Assembly (NCBI GenBank): GCA_035934235.1
Contig: DASYYB010000027.1
Coordinates: 32,079 to 96,078 of the forward strand
Length of the DNA stretch: 64,000 bases
Source of the DNA: Stellaceae bacterium
Lineage (GTDB): Bacteria > Pseudomonadota > Alphaproteobacteria > ATCC43930 > CGMCC-115725
Reading direction: 5' to 3'
Positions 20,486 through 29,710 of the stretch are shown piece by piece. The position numbers and the translations under genes were made by a program. The notes below the pieces were generated by a model that searched no databases, was not told where the DNA came from, and saw only the letters and a list, made by a program, of their open reading frames with translations. Within the stretch, counting starts at the first letter, position 1. Each line of letters starts with the position of its first letter.

Positions 20486-20512
20486 CCGGCTCTTTCGGGC
20501 CCGCGCGTTCAC

Positions 20513-20546
20513 GGCAGCCGCCCCTTTGGGCGGCTGCCGCCGTTTT
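20513..20546 (+). terminator. rho-independent terminator
   Basis: GGCAGCCGCCC-CTTT-GGGCGGCTGCC forms a perfect 11-bp stem and is followed by GCCGTTTT. It lies 28 nt after the stop of the binding-protein gene. Confidence 0.7.
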
Positions 20547-20648
20547 GGCTTCCTGCCGCCACGCCGCCGCCATAGTTCTTCCGTTGTTGATGATGGGCAC
20601 GGCATGGGATACCGGAGCCTAAGACCTAAAGGGGAAGACGAGGACGCC

Positions 20649-22706
20649 ATGAAGACCACCGCCATCGCTGCCGCACTCGGCGCCGTTCTGTTGCTGGCGC
20701 CGCCACTGGCGGCGCAGAGTCTCGCCGATCCGCCGGGCCGTGTCGGCCGGCTGAGCTATATCGACGGCACGGTTTCGCTGCACGCGCCCGACCAGGATCA
20801 ATGGTCGGCGGCGGTGGTCAATTATCCGGTCACCACCGGCGACGGCTTCTGGACCGAGCCGCAGTCGCGCGCCGAGATCCAGGTGGGCACGGTCGAAATG
20901 CGCCTCGATCAGTCGACCGAAGCCGACATCGTCCGGCTCGACGACGCGGCGACCGTGCTGCGCGTCGACCAGGGCGCCATCGAGGTTCACGTCATTGCCA
21001 TGCCGGCGGGCGGCGTCGCCGTTCTGACGCCGCTCGGTCAGGTCGATCTGCTGACGACCGGCAGCTACCACGTCGAAGCCGGCCAACCCGGTGCCGACAA
21101 TGCGCCGCCCAACCAGATGATCGTCAGCGTCCTACAAGGCCGCGCGCGCGTCGCCGGTCAGCGTTCGTCGCTGACCGTCGACGCTGGTGAAAGCGCAATT
21201 GCCGGGGGCAATCCGCTGAGCTTCCAGCTCGTCCAGGCCAACGCCACGCCGTTCGATGATTGGGCGCTGGCGCGCGAGCGCCGCGAGGCGCAACCGGTCG
21301 CCACCGCCTGGTACGTGCCGCCGACGATGACCGGCTATCAGGATCTCGACCAGTACGGCCAGTGGACATCCGATCCGGCCTACGGCACGGTCTGGTATCC
21401 GGCGTCGCTGCCGACAGGCTGGGCGCCCTATCGCTACGGTCACTGGGTTTGGGTCCCGCCCTGGGGCTGGACCTGGGTCGACGACGCGCCGTGGGGCTTC
21501 GCGCCATTCCACTACGGTCGCTGGGCGTTCATCGGCGATCGCTGGGCCTGGTGCCCGGGCGACTACCACGTGCGGCCGGTCTATGCGCCGGCGCTGGTGG
21601 CCTTTATCGGTGGCGGCGGTTTCGGCGTCACCATCGCCGCCGGTGGGCCGGTCGGCTGGGTGCCGCTGGCGCCGGGCGAACGGTTCCACCCCTGGTATCA
21701 CACCGGCTCCACTTACGTGCAGCGTGTGAACTATGTGCGCTATGACACGCACGTCACCAACAACATCGTGATCAACAACAATTACGGCAACGCCCAGACC
21801 GCGCAGTTCCGCAATGCACGGGCCGCGACCGTGGTTCCCGCGCGTGCCTTCACTGCCGCGGCACCGGTGCAGCACGCCGTGGTGCACGTCGATCCGCAGC
21901 ACCTGAACCAGGCGCGGACCGTCGCGACCCTGACGCACGTGCAGCCGACCGTCGAGGCGCGTGGCGCCATCGCCCACCCCGAAGCGGCGAGCGCCACGGC
22001 TGTCGCACGTCCCGAGAAGCGCGCCCCAGCGCCGCCGGCCACCGACAACCGCGAAACCGCGCCGCGTGGCCCGGCGGCGCCCGAAGCGACGCACGTGACG
22101 CCACCGGCGCCTGAGACGCATGCCGCCACGCCGGCGCCGCATCCGCCGGCACCGACGCCCGAGGGCCGGCCGGCAACGCCGCCGACGCCTGAAACGCACG
22201 TCGCGACACCGGCGCCACATCCGCCCACACCGACACCGGAGACCAGGTCCGTAACACCGGCGCCCCATTCGCCGACGCCGGCACCGGAGGCCAGGTCCGC
22301 CGCGCCGGCGCCGCATCCGCCGACGCCGACGCCAGAGGCTAGGTCCGCAGCGCCGGCGCCGCATCCGCCGACACCGACTCCAGAGGCGCGGCCGGCGTCG
22401 CCGCCGCCAACACGCCAGGCTGCCGTGACCCCGCACGTCACGCCGCCGCCAATCCCGCATCCGTTCACGGCGACACCGCGTCCAGCGGCGCATCCGCTGC
22501 CGCCGGTGACGGTCCAACGGCCGGTGCAGAACACCCGCATCACGCCGACGCCGCAAGGCTGGCAGCGCGCGCCCGTGAAACCGGCCGCTGCCCGGCCGGA
22601 ACAGCCGCCGCCGCAGCCGCATCCGGCCCCGGCCGCTCATCCCGCGCCGCCGCAAGGCGGCGGCAACGGCGGTGGCCAGGGCGGCGCGCCGAACCGGCAT
22701 CCTTAA
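20649..22706 (+). CDS. secreted FecR-like / Trp-rich (DUF6600-like) protein with proline-rich repeat tail
   Basis: ATG 20649 starts a signal peptide (MKTTAIAAALGAVLLLAPPLAAQ). The N-terminal region (GRVGRLSYIDGTVSL...GDGFWTEPQSRAEIQVG) is FecR-like. The middle is Trp-rich: YGQWTSDPAYGTVWYPAS..GWAPYRYGHWVWVPPWGWTWVDDAPWGFAPFHYGRWAF. The C-terminal third is a Pro/Thr/Ala/His-rich repeat array. The family name is from memory and unverified. Confidence 0.75.
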   Translation: MKTTAIAAALGAVLLLAPPLAAQSLADPPGRVGRLSYIDGTVSLHAPDQDQWSAAVVNYPVTTGDGFWTEPQSRAEIQVGTVEMRLDQSTEADIVRLDDAATVLRVDQGAIEVHVIAMPAGGVAVLTPLGQVDLLTTGSYHVEAGQPGADNAPPNQMIVSVLQGRARVAGQRSSLTVDAGESAIAGGNPLSFQLVQANATPFDDWALARERREAQPVATAWYVPPTMTGYQDLDQYGQWTSDPAYGTVWYPASLPTGWAPYRYGHWVWVPPWGWTWVDDAPWGFAPFHYGRWAFIGDRWAWCPGDYHVRPVYAPALVAFIGGGGFGVTIAAGGPVGWVPLAPGERFHPWYHTGSTYVQRVNYVRYDTHVTNNIVINNNYGNAQTAQFRNARAATVVPARAFTAAAPVQHAVVHVDPQHLNQARTVATLTHVQPTVEARGAIAHPEAASATAVARPEKRAPAPPATDNRETAPRGPAAPEATHVTPPAPETHAATPAPHPPAPTPEGRPATPPTPETHVATPAPHPPTPTPETRSVTPAPHSPTPAPEARSAAPAPHPPTPTPEARSAAPAPHPPTPTPEARPASPPPTRQAAVTPHVTPPPIPHPFTATPRPAAHPLPPVTVQRPVQNTRITPTPQGWQRAPVKPAAARPEQPPPQPHPAPAAHPAPPQGGGNGGGQGGAPNRHP
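22128..22398. repeat. intragenic 48-nt-period tandem repeat encoding (T/A)PAPHPPTPTPE(A/T)RS(A/V) units
   Basis: Four consecutive 48-nt units lie at 22207-22254, 22255-22302, 22303-22350 and 22351-22398. The last two are nearly identical. A diverged unit lies at 22128-22175. Confidence 0.8.
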
Positions 22707-22722
22707 GCCGGCGGCCGCCGGC
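22707..22722. terminator. GC-rich palindrome between convergent genes (possible bidirectional terminator)
   Basis: GCCGGCGGCCGCCGGC is a perfect 16-nt palindrome directly after the stop at 22706 and 6 nt before the convergent stop at 22728. It has no T-tract, so its function is uncertain. Confidence 0.3.
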
Positions 22723-22727
22723 GGCGG

Positions 22728-23747
22728 TCAGTCCCAGGTGCGGTCGTCGAAGCCGGGCGGCCGGTTCTGGTCGGCGCCTGACGGCAGCGGCGCCGCCGGT
22801 GCGGCCATCCAGCTTTCCATGTCGCGGATGACGACGGCCGCTTCGAGGTCGCGCGCCAGCATGTGATAGCCGTCGCGATAATAGGCGATACGGCGCCGGC
22901 CCGGCGGCACCTTCGGCAGCCGCGCGATGAAGCGCTTCATCGCGCGCGCCGGAATCAACTCGTCGTGCGCGCCGTAAAGGATCAAGGCGCGCTCATTGAA
23001 TTCGGGCGCCGCGTTCTGCGCCAGCGTCATAAGGTTGACCAGGCCCTCGATGGCGTCGGCGCGGGTCGCTTTGATGAACAGCGGGTCGTGCGCCAACTCG
23101 CGCAGCATCTCGATATTGTCGGACGCCATGATGTGCAGGCTCGAGCCGGTGAAGGTAATGCTCGGCATGAACGTATCGGCGAGCCAAAGCGCGCTGCGCT
23201 CGAAGATATTCATCTCGCCGCGGCCCCAGACTGCCGGCGCCAGCAGGATATAGCCGTCGGCAATCGGCTTTTCGGCGCCCGCCGCGCCGGTCGCGGCGAC
23301 GATGGCGACGGCGCCGCCCATGCTCTCGCCGAACACGAACAACGGCACGCCGGGATAGCGCGCGCGCAACAGGTGCGTCGCTTCGGCCATGTCCTGCGTC
23401 ATGCGCTTGGCACTCGCCCACCGGCCGCGATCAGGCGCACGGCCGAAGCCGCGCTGATCATAGGCGAAGGTGGCGATGCCGTCGGCGGCCATGGCCTTCG
23501 CCGGTTCGGCGACGCCATGCGAATAATCGTTGAAGCCGTGGACGTAGAGCACCACCGCGCGCGGTCGCCCTGTCGGCAACCACGAATAAAACGGCAACTT
23601 CACACCGTCGTCGGCGTGCAGGAAGTCGCCGTCGAGCGCAGGCCTTACAGTGTCGGGAGCATGAGGCGGCACGTCAGGTACTCCGGCGCAACCAACCAGG
23701 ATCATCGGAAGCGCCAACGCCGCGACGCGGGCGAGGCGCAAATTCAC
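22728..23747 (-). CDS. alpha/beta hydrolase lipoprotein (lysophospholipase / monoacylglycerol-lipase-like)
   Basis: 339 aa. The lipobox is MILVGC. Motifs: AVVLYVHGFNDYSHG, nucleophile elbow FGESMGG, and a later GAHDELIP plus His region. The GTG start overlaps the upstream ABC ATPase stop (GTGA). Confidence 0.85.
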   Translation of the reverse strand: MNLRLARVAALALPMILVGCAGVPDVPPHAPDTVRPALDGDFLHADDGVKLPFYSWLPTGRPRAVVLYVHGFNDYSHGVAEPAKAMAADGIATFAYDQRGFGRAPDRGRWASAKRMTQDMAEATHLLRARYPGVPLFVFGESMGGAVAIVAATGAAGAEKPIADGYILLAPAVWGRGEMNIFERSALWLADTFMPSITFTGSSLHIMASDNIEMLRELAHDPLFIKATRADAIEGLVNLMTLAQNAAPEFNERALILYGAHDELIPARAMKRFIARLPKVPPGRRRIAYYRDGYHMLARDLEAAVVIRDMESWMAAPAAPLPSGADQNRPPGFDDRTWD

Positions 23748-24709
23748 GCGGACGTTCCCGGCCGGGTCAGGCGCAGGAAGATGTCCTCAAGATCGGTTTC
23801 CTCGCTCGAAACGTCGCGAATGGCAAGTCCGGCGGCGGCGACCGCCGCCAGCACCTCGCCGACATGGGCGCGGCTCGGCTTGTAATGGAAGACCACGCGA
23901 TCGGGCGCCTCGAGCGCCAGGCCCATCGCCTGCAGCGCCGGCGGCAGCGCGTTCACCGGTGCCATCAGCGTCAAGCTCAGCTTCTTCTCGTCGACTTTGC
24001 GCACCAGCGCCTGGGTTTCATCACAAGCGACAAGACGCCCTTCGTCGATAATCGCGATGATGCGGCAGAGTTCCTCGGCCTCTTCGAGGTAATGCGTCGT
24101 CAGCAGCACGGTGGTGCCGGCAGCGGCGAGTTCGCGCACGGTCGTCCACAGCTGGAGACGAAGCTCGACGTCGACGCCCGCCGTCGGCTCGTCGAGCACC
24201 AGCACCGGCGGCGAATGCACCATCGCCTTGGCCATCATCAGCCGGCGCCGCATGCCGCCCGACAGCGTGCGCGCCGGCGCATCGGCTTTTTCGGTCAGGC
24301 CGACGAGCGCGAGGAGTTCGGCCGTGCGGCGTTCGGCCTTGGGCACGCCGTAGAGCCCGGCCTGGACGTCCAACAGCTCGCGCGCCGCGAAAAACGAATC
24401 GAGATTCAATTCCTGCGGCACGACGCCGATGGCGGCGCGCGCGTTGCGCGGGTCCTCGTCGATGTCGATCCCCCAGATCTTGGCGCTGCCGGATGATTTG
24501 ATCACCAAGCCGGCGAGGATGTTGATCAGCGTCGATTTGCCGGCGCCGTTGGGGCCGAGCAGGCCGAAAATAGCGCCACGCGGGATCGCCAGGTCGATGC
24601 CGTCCAGCGCCGGCTTGCTCCGGCCGTTGCCGCCGTAGAATTTGGTCAGGCCTTTGATCTCGACCGCCTGGGCGGGCGGCGCGCTCGTGAGCGCGTTGCG
24701 GCTGGTCAT
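23744..24709 (-). CDS. ABC transporter ATP-binding protein (ABC-2/CcmA-like subfamily)
   Basis: I start at MTSRNALTS (ATG 24709). Walker A is GPNGAGKST, the signature is LSGGMRRR, and Walker B is VLVLDEPTAGVD. It has the C-terminal accessory domain typical of ABC-2 ATPases. Confidence 0.9.
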   Translation of the reverse strand: MTSRNALTSAPPAQAVEIKGLTKFYGGNGRSKPALDGIDLAIPRGAIFGLLGPNGAGKSTLINILAGLVIKSSGSAKIWGIDIDEDPRNARAAIGVVPQELNLDSFFAARELLDVQAGLYGVPKAERRTAELLALVGLTEKADAPARTLSGGMRRRLMMAKAMVHSPPVLVLDEPTAGVDVELRLQLWTTVRELAAAGTTVLLTTHYLEEAEELCRIIAIIDEGRLVACDETQALVRKVDEKKLSLTLMAPVNALPPALQAMGLALEAPDRVVFHYKPSRAHVGEVLAAVAAAGLAIRDVSSEETDLEDIFLRLTRPGTSA

Positions 24710-24769
24710 TGATTGTACCGGCGTAATGCGTATCATCCGCGCCGCAAACGGGTCAATCGAGCGGGCAGC

Positions 24770-24982
24770 ATGCCAGGGATCAAGCCTTTCGAGACGGTTA
24801 CGGTCGATACCGACAAGGTCGCATGCGCCGGCGAAGGTGGCGGCCTGGTCGGCGGCCATCCCAAGGTCTATCTCAATCTCGGGCCCGGTGGCCGGGTCGA
24901 GTGCCCGTATTGCTCGCGCCTGTTCCTCAAGCGCGGCGCGCCGGCGGAATATCCGCCCAACCAGACTAGCAAGACGGCCTAG
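24770..24982 (+). CDS. zinc-finger (zf-CHCC, NDUFS6-like) domain protein
   Basis: 70 aa. MPGIKPFETVTV.T.KVAC.G.GG.LGHPKVYLNLGP.G.VECPYCSRLF matches the small alphaproteobacterial zf-CHCC proteins. These are related to the C-terminus of the mitochondrial complex I subunit NDUFS6. Confidence 0.7.
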   Translation: MPGIKPFETVTVDTDKVACAGEGGGLVGGHPKVYLNLGPGGRVECPYCSRLFLKRGAPAEYPPNQTSKTA

Positions 24983-25046
24983 ACGCGCGGCGTGGCCGCG
25001 CGCTTTGTCCGTGCACTGGGCGGCATTGTGGTGAAGAATTCACGCC

Positions 25047-27941
25047 ATGCCCGACTCACGTGCCAAGCCGGCGCCCAAGGCGAACCATAAAAAGAGCGGC
25101 GACGCCGGCGGCGCGACCAAACCCAAGCACGTCTATCTGATCGACGGCTCGGGCTTCATCTTCCGCGCCTATCACGCGATGCCCAAGCTGACGCGGCCGG
25201 ACAAGACGCCGGTCGGTGCGGTGCTCGGCTTCTGCAACATGATCCTGAAGCTGGTCGGCGAGACCGACGCCGATCATGTCGCCGTGGTCTTCGACGTTGC
25301 GCGCATTACGTTCCGCAATCGCCTCTACAAGGATTACAAGGCGCACCGGCCCGAACCGCCGGACGATCTGGTGCCGCAATTCGCGCTGGTGCGCGAGGCG
25401 GTGGACGCCTTCAACGTCTGCCGCATCGAGCAGCCCGATTACGAGGCTGACGACCTGATCGCGACCTATGCCGACGCGGCGGTGCGCGAAGGCGCCCGCG
25501 TCACGATCGTCTCGTCCGACAAGGATCTGATGCAGCTGGTCTCGGACAAGATCGAGCTTTACGACGCGATGCGCGACCGGCCGATCCGCGCGCCCGAGGT
25601 GGTGGAGAAGTTCGGCGTCGGCCCCGACAAGGTGATCGACGTGTTGGCCTTGTGGGGCGACAGCAGCGACAACGTGCCGGGTGTACCCGGCATCGGGGCC
25701 AAGACCGCGGCCGAGCTCATCAACCAGTACGGCGATCTCGAAACCCTGCTGAAACGCGCCGACGAGATCAAGCAACCGAAGCGGCGCGAGGCGCTGACCG
25801 AGCACGTCGCCGATGCTCGGCTGTCGAAGAAGCTGGTGACGCTCGACCATGCGGTGCCGCTGCCGTGCCCGTTATCGGACCTGGCCGTACGGCCGCTCGA
25901 TCCGGCGAAATTGGCGGCGTTTCTCCAGGCGCAGGGCTTCCGCGCGCTGCTGGGCCGCGTTCAGGCCAAACTCGGTTCGGGTGGCCACGCCGCGCCGGCC
26001 GAAGACGGAGCCGCGAGTCCACGGCCCGCCGCCGATATTAAAGCGCCGGCGCCGGCCGCAACGGTGGTCGCGGCGGATCTCGCCGCCGCCAAGCAGAATT
26101 ACGAGCTGGTGCAGGATGTGGCCGTCCTCGATCGCTGGATCGCGTCCGCCTTCGCCAAGGGCGCGGTCGCCGTCGACACCGAAACCAGCTCGCTCGATGC
26201 CGTCGCTGCCGATCTGGTCGGCGTGTCGCTGGCGCTCGAGCCGGGCGTCGCCTGTTATATCCCCGTCGGCCACACCAGCGGCGCGCCCGGCGCACTCGAC
26301 CTCGCGGGCGCCGGTGCGGCGCCGAAGCAGATTGCGCGCGACACCGTCATCGAACGGCTCAAGCCGCTGCTCGAGGATCCGGGCGTCCTCAAGATCGGCC
26401 AGAACATCAAATACGACATGCAGGTGCTCGGCCGTTACGGCGTCGCGGTCGGACCGATCGATTGCACCATGCTGTTGTCGTTCGTCCTCGATGCCGGGCT
26501 GCATGGCCACGGCCTCGACGAACTAGCCAAGCTCCACTTCGGCCACGACATGATCAAGTACAAGGACGTCGCCGGCAGCGGCAAAAGCCATATCGGCTTC
26601 GCGGCCGTGCCGCTCGACCGCGCCTGCGACTATTCCGCCGAGGACGCCGATTACACGCTGCGGCTGCATCGGCTGCTGAAGCCGCGGCTCGTCGCCGAGC
26701 ATCGCATCGCGTTCTACGAAACCGTCGAGCGGCCGCTGCCTGTCGTCGTCGGCGCGATGGAGCGCGCCGGTATCACCGTCGACCGCGCCGAACTCAAACG
26801 CTTGAGCGACGATTTCGCCCGGCGCATCGCCGAGGCCGAGACCGAAATCCACAAGCTTGCCGGCCATCCGTTCAACGTCGGCTCGCCGCAGCAGCTCGGC
26901 AAGGTCTTGTTCGAGGAGTTGAACCTCGAGCGCTTCGGCCGCAAGACCAAGTCGGGCGCCAATTCGACCGATGCGGCCGTGCTCGAAGAGCTGGCCGAGG
27001 CGCATCCGCTGCCGGCCAAGGTGCTGGAATGGCGCGAGCTCGCGAAGCTCAAATCGACCTATGCCGACGCGCTGGTGCAGGAAATCAATCCCGTTACGGG
27101 CCGCGTCCATACGAGCTACTCGCTCACCGGCGCGGCGACCGGCCGGCTGGCATCGAGCGATCCCAATCTCCAGAACATTCCGATTCGCACCGAGGAAGGC
27201 CGCAAGATTCGCCATGCCTTCATCGCCGCGCCCGGCTGTCTACTGATCTCGGCGGATTACAGCCAGATCGAGCTGCGTCTCGCCGCGCATGTCGGCGACA
27301 TCGGTCCGCTGAAGGAAGCGTTCCGCGACGGGCTCGACATCCACGCGATGACCGCGAGCCAGGTCTTCGGCGTGCCCATCGAAGGGATGGATCCGATGCT
27401 GCGGCGGCGCGCCAAGGCGATCAATTTCGGCATCCTCTATGGCATCAGCGCTTTCGGCCTCGGCCGCCAGATCGACGTGCCGCAAGCCGAGGCCGGTAAA
27501 TTCATCAAGGCCTATTTCGACCGCTTTCCGGGCATCCGCAACTACATGGACCGCACCAAGGAATTCGCGCGCGAGAATGGCTATGTCGAAACGCTGTTCG
27601 GCCGCCGTTGCTATGTGCCCGGGATCAAGGACCCGATCCCGGCGCGGCGCGGCTTTTCCGAGCGCGCGGCGATCAACGCGCCGCTCCAGGGCGCTGCCGC
27701 CGACATCATTAAACGCGCCATGCGGCGGATTCCATCGGCGCTGGCGCAAGCCGGCCTCAAGGCCAAGATGCTGCTCCAGGTGCACGACGAGCTCGTGTTC
27801 GAGGCGCCTGAAGCCGAAGCCAAGAAGACCGCCGCGTTGGTTAAAGAGGTGATGGAAAACGCCCATCGCCCCGCCGTCGAGCTGTCGGTGCCGCTGGTCG
27901 TCGATACCGGCATGGCGCGTCATTGGGACGCAGCCCATTGA
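25047..27941 (+). CDS. polA: DNA polymerase I
   Basis: 964 aa. The 5'-3' exonuclease N-terminus reads LIDGSGFIFRAYHA and GVPGIGAKTAAELI. The 3'-5' exonuclease region reads AVDTETSSLD. The polymerase motifs are DYSQIELR, RRRAKAINFGILYG and QVHDELVFE. Confidence 0.97.
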   Translation: MPDSRAKPAPKANHKKSGDAGGATKPKHVYLIDGSGFIFRAYHAMPKLTRPDKTPVGAVLGFCNMILKLVGETDADHVAVVFDVARITFRNRLYKDYKAHRPEPPDDLVPQFALVREAVDAFNVCRIEQPDYEADDLIATYADAAVREGARVTIVSSDKDLMQLVSDKIELYDAMRDRPIRAPEVVEKFGVGPDKVIDVLALWGDSSDNVPGVPGIGAKTAAELINQYGDLETLLKRADEIKQPKRREALTEHVADARLSKKLVTLDHAVPLPCPLSDLAVRPLDPAKLAAFLQAQGFRALLGRVQAKLGSGGHAAPAEDGAASPRPAADIKAPAPAATVVAADLAAAKQNYELVQDVAVLDRWIASAFAKGAVAVDTETSSLDAVAADLVGVSLALEPGVACYIPVGHTSGAPGALDLAGAGAAPKQIARDTVIERLKPLLEDPGVLKIGQNIKYDMQVLGRYGVAVGPIDCTMLLSFVLDAGLHGHGLDELAKLHFGHDMIKYKDVAGSGKSHIGFAAVPLDRACDYSAEDADYTLRLHRLLKPRLVAEHRIAFYETVERPLPVVVGAMERAGITVDRAELKRLSDDFARRIAEAETEIHKLAGHPFNVGSPQQLGKVLFEELNLERFGRKTKSGANSTDAAVLEELAEAHPLPAKVLEWRELAKLKSTYADALVQEINPVTGRVHTSYSLTGAATGRLASSDPNLQNIPIRTEEGRKIRHAFIAAPGCLLISADYSQIELRLAAHVGDIGPLKEAFRDGLDIHAMTASQVFGVPIEGMDPMLRRRAKAINFGILYGISAFGLGRQIDVPQAEAGKFIKAYFDRFPGIRNYMDRTKEFARENGYVETLFGRRCYVPGIKDPIPARRGFSERAAINAPLQGAAADIIKRAMRRIPSALAQAGLKAKMLLQVHDELVFEAPEAEAKKTAALVKEVMENAHRPAVELSVPLVVDTGMARHWDAAH

Positions 27942-28026
27942 GCCATCGGTGTCGGCGTGCCGTGGGCCGAGGTTCCGCGTCACTCACGCGGCCGCATGTG
28001 CCGGAGAATCTTGTGGATGACACACG

Positions 28027-28044
28027 CCGCCGCGTGGCGGTTTT
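28027..28044 (+). terminator. weak hairpin plus T4 downstream of polA
   Basis: CCGCC-GCGT-GGCGG followed by TTTT, about 85 nt after the polA stop. The stem is short (5 bp), so this is tentative. Confidence 0.3.
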
Positions 28045-28108
28045 AACCACCGTTAAACCGTTGTGGCTAAGGTGTGACCGAGCAAAAACGTCGAGGGCGA
28101 AGGCGGCT

Positions 28109-28636
28109 GTGCAGAGTGAGTTTCACGACGACCCGATTCTGGGTCCGGCTTACGATTATTGGCGCAGCAAGTGCCACAACGGCGGCTTGCCGTGCCGTCG
28201 TGACGTCGATCCGATCGAGATTCCCCGCCTGTTGCCGCATCTGCTGATCAGCGAGCTGGTCGATGGCGGTGCGCGGCTGCGCCATCGACTGGCCGGCACC
28301 GCGGTCGTCGCGGCCTATGGCGGCGAACTGACCGGCAAGCATTGCGACGAGATTTGTCCACCGGAGCGCCGCGCCTCGATCATCACGCAATATCGACTGA
28401 TCTGCGAACACAAGCAGCCGTTGCTGCTGCGGCATCGCTATCTTTCGTCGCACCAGGTGCCGTTGATCTGTCACCGCCTCGTGATGCCGTTGTCCGAGGA
28501 TACGCAGACGGTGAGCCAATTCGTCGCCGCACTGCGTTTCGAATATCACGGCAATGCGTATGAATGGGCCGGCCGTTGGGCCGCGTCGGCCGGCGATTTC
28601 ACCTTCGAGGATGGCTACAGCGCGCTTGTCGCGTAG
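28109..28636 (+). CDS. PAS_5 (DUF1457) domain protein
   Basis: From ORF 27923..28636. I start at GTG 28109 after GAGGGCGAAGG. YWRSKCHNGGLPCRRDVDPIEIPRLLPHLLISELVDGGARLRHRLAGT matches the PAS_5 family common in alphaproteobacteria. The start is uncertain. Confidence 0.7.
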   Translation: MQSEFHDDPILGPAYDYWRSKCHNGGLPCRRDVDPIEIPRLLPHLLISELVDGGARLRHRLAGTAVVAAYGGELTGKHCDEICPPERRASIITQYRLICEHKQPLLLRHRYLSSHQVPLICHRLVMPLSEDTQTVSQFVAALRFEYHGNAYEWAGRWAASAGDFTFEDGYSALVA

Positions 28637-28645
28637 GCCGGCGGC

Positions 28646-28828
28646 CTAGCACTGCGGCACTTTAGAGCGCGCCGCATTGCGCTCGGCGAGTTCGGCCAGC
28701 CGCTCGAACTGGGCGGCGACTTCCAGCAATTCGAACCGCAGCGTCGCGCTTCTCGTGTCGCGCGCCAGCGCACGCAAGCGGGCCGCTTGCGCGCGATAAG
28801 TGGTGACTGCCGAGGGTCTGTCGGCCAT
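28646..28828 (-). CDS. small helical hypothetical protein (60 aa)
   Basis: The ATG is preceded by GGAG with a 6-nt spacing. It reads MADRPSAVTTYRAQAARLRALARDTRSATLRFELLEVAAQFERLAELAERNAARS... Codon third positions are G/C-rich. No family recognised. Confidence 0.4.
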   Translation of the reverse strand: MADRPSAVTTYRAQAARLRALARDTRSATLRFELLEVAAQFERLAELAERNAARSKVPQC

Positions 28829-28933
28829 ACCCAACTCCGGTTGACCCGCGGCGAGCCTATGCCGCGTGAGTCCGCGAGAGTGGTGACGTTTCCGTGACCG
28901 GGCGTGCTGCGGTGCAATAAGTCGCCCGGCGGG

Positions 28934-29710
28934 TTAACGCCGCGCGAGGGCAACCGCAAGATTGCAGGCGATCGAAACCAGCAGCGCCAGCATCAGCGCC
29001 ACCGGCGCGCCGAACGGCATCGCGGCGACGTGGAGCGCGATGAGGGCGGCGGCGAATCCGCCCAGGCCGATCACCGCGTTGGCCGTCAGCGCTGCGGTCG
29101 CACGGCCGCCGATTCGCGGTTGGAAGATGAGAATCAGGCTGATCAGGACGATCGGGAACAGCGCCAAGAGTCCGGTCACCGTCGGTCCGACGCGCGTGCT
29201 CAAGACCACCACGGCGGCGACCAGTGTCGACACCATGCCGGCGCGCAACGGCACGTCGTAGCGGCGGCGTATCGTCGGCGGCATCGGCGCCGCGCGAAAC
29301 CTTCGGCTGATGGCCAGGCACGCAGCGAAGACGACGACATTGAGCAAAACCGCCTCGAGCAACGTCCAATCCACGCTGCGGGCCGCGACCGACAGCACGA
29401 TCCAGGCGCCGAGCGCGGCGGCGAGACTAACCGCCACGCCGCGCGACTGGGCGACGACGGCGTGCACGGTGCAGAACACCATGTTGGCGGCATTGGCGGC
29501 AAGGCTCGCCAGCGCGCTGGCAGCGATGAATCTGGAATCGTGGTCGAGCGCGAGAAAGACATAAGCAGGGCCGGCGGCAATCGGCAGCGTCGCCACCATG
29601 GCGCCGATCAATGGGCCGGCCCGCTCGGCGGTGCGCGCCGCGCCGACGACGAAGGCGGCGGTGATTGCCAGCTTCGCCGCCAGCACCAGCCCGTAATCTC
29701 CTGATCCCAT
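28934..29710 (-). CDS. hypothetical polytopic inner-membrane protein
   Basis: I start at MGSGDYGLVLAAKLAITAAFVV (ATG 29710). It is about 258 aa with roughly 7-8 hydrophobic segments rich in A/L/V/G. No family motif recognised. Confidence 0.6.
   Translation of the reverse strand: MGSGDYGLVLAAKLAITAAFVVGAARTAERAGPLIGAMVATLPIAAGPAYVFLALDHDSRFIAASALASLAANAANMVFCTVHAVVAQSRGVAVSLAAALGAWIVLSVAARSVDWTLLEAVLLNVVVFAACLAISRRFRAAPMPPTIRRRYDVPLRAGMVSTLVAAVVVLSTRVGPTVTGLLALFPIVLISLILIFQPRIGGRATAALTANAVIGLGGFAAALIALHVAAMPFGAPVALMLALLVSIACNLAVALARR

Noticed and set aside
28040-28062. GTTTTAACC-ACC-GTTAAACC direct repeat upstream of the PAS_5 gene, considered as a possible operator.
   Set aside because: It is very short and imperfect, and it overlaps the T-tract of the putative polA terminator hairpin. 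There is no second line of evidence.
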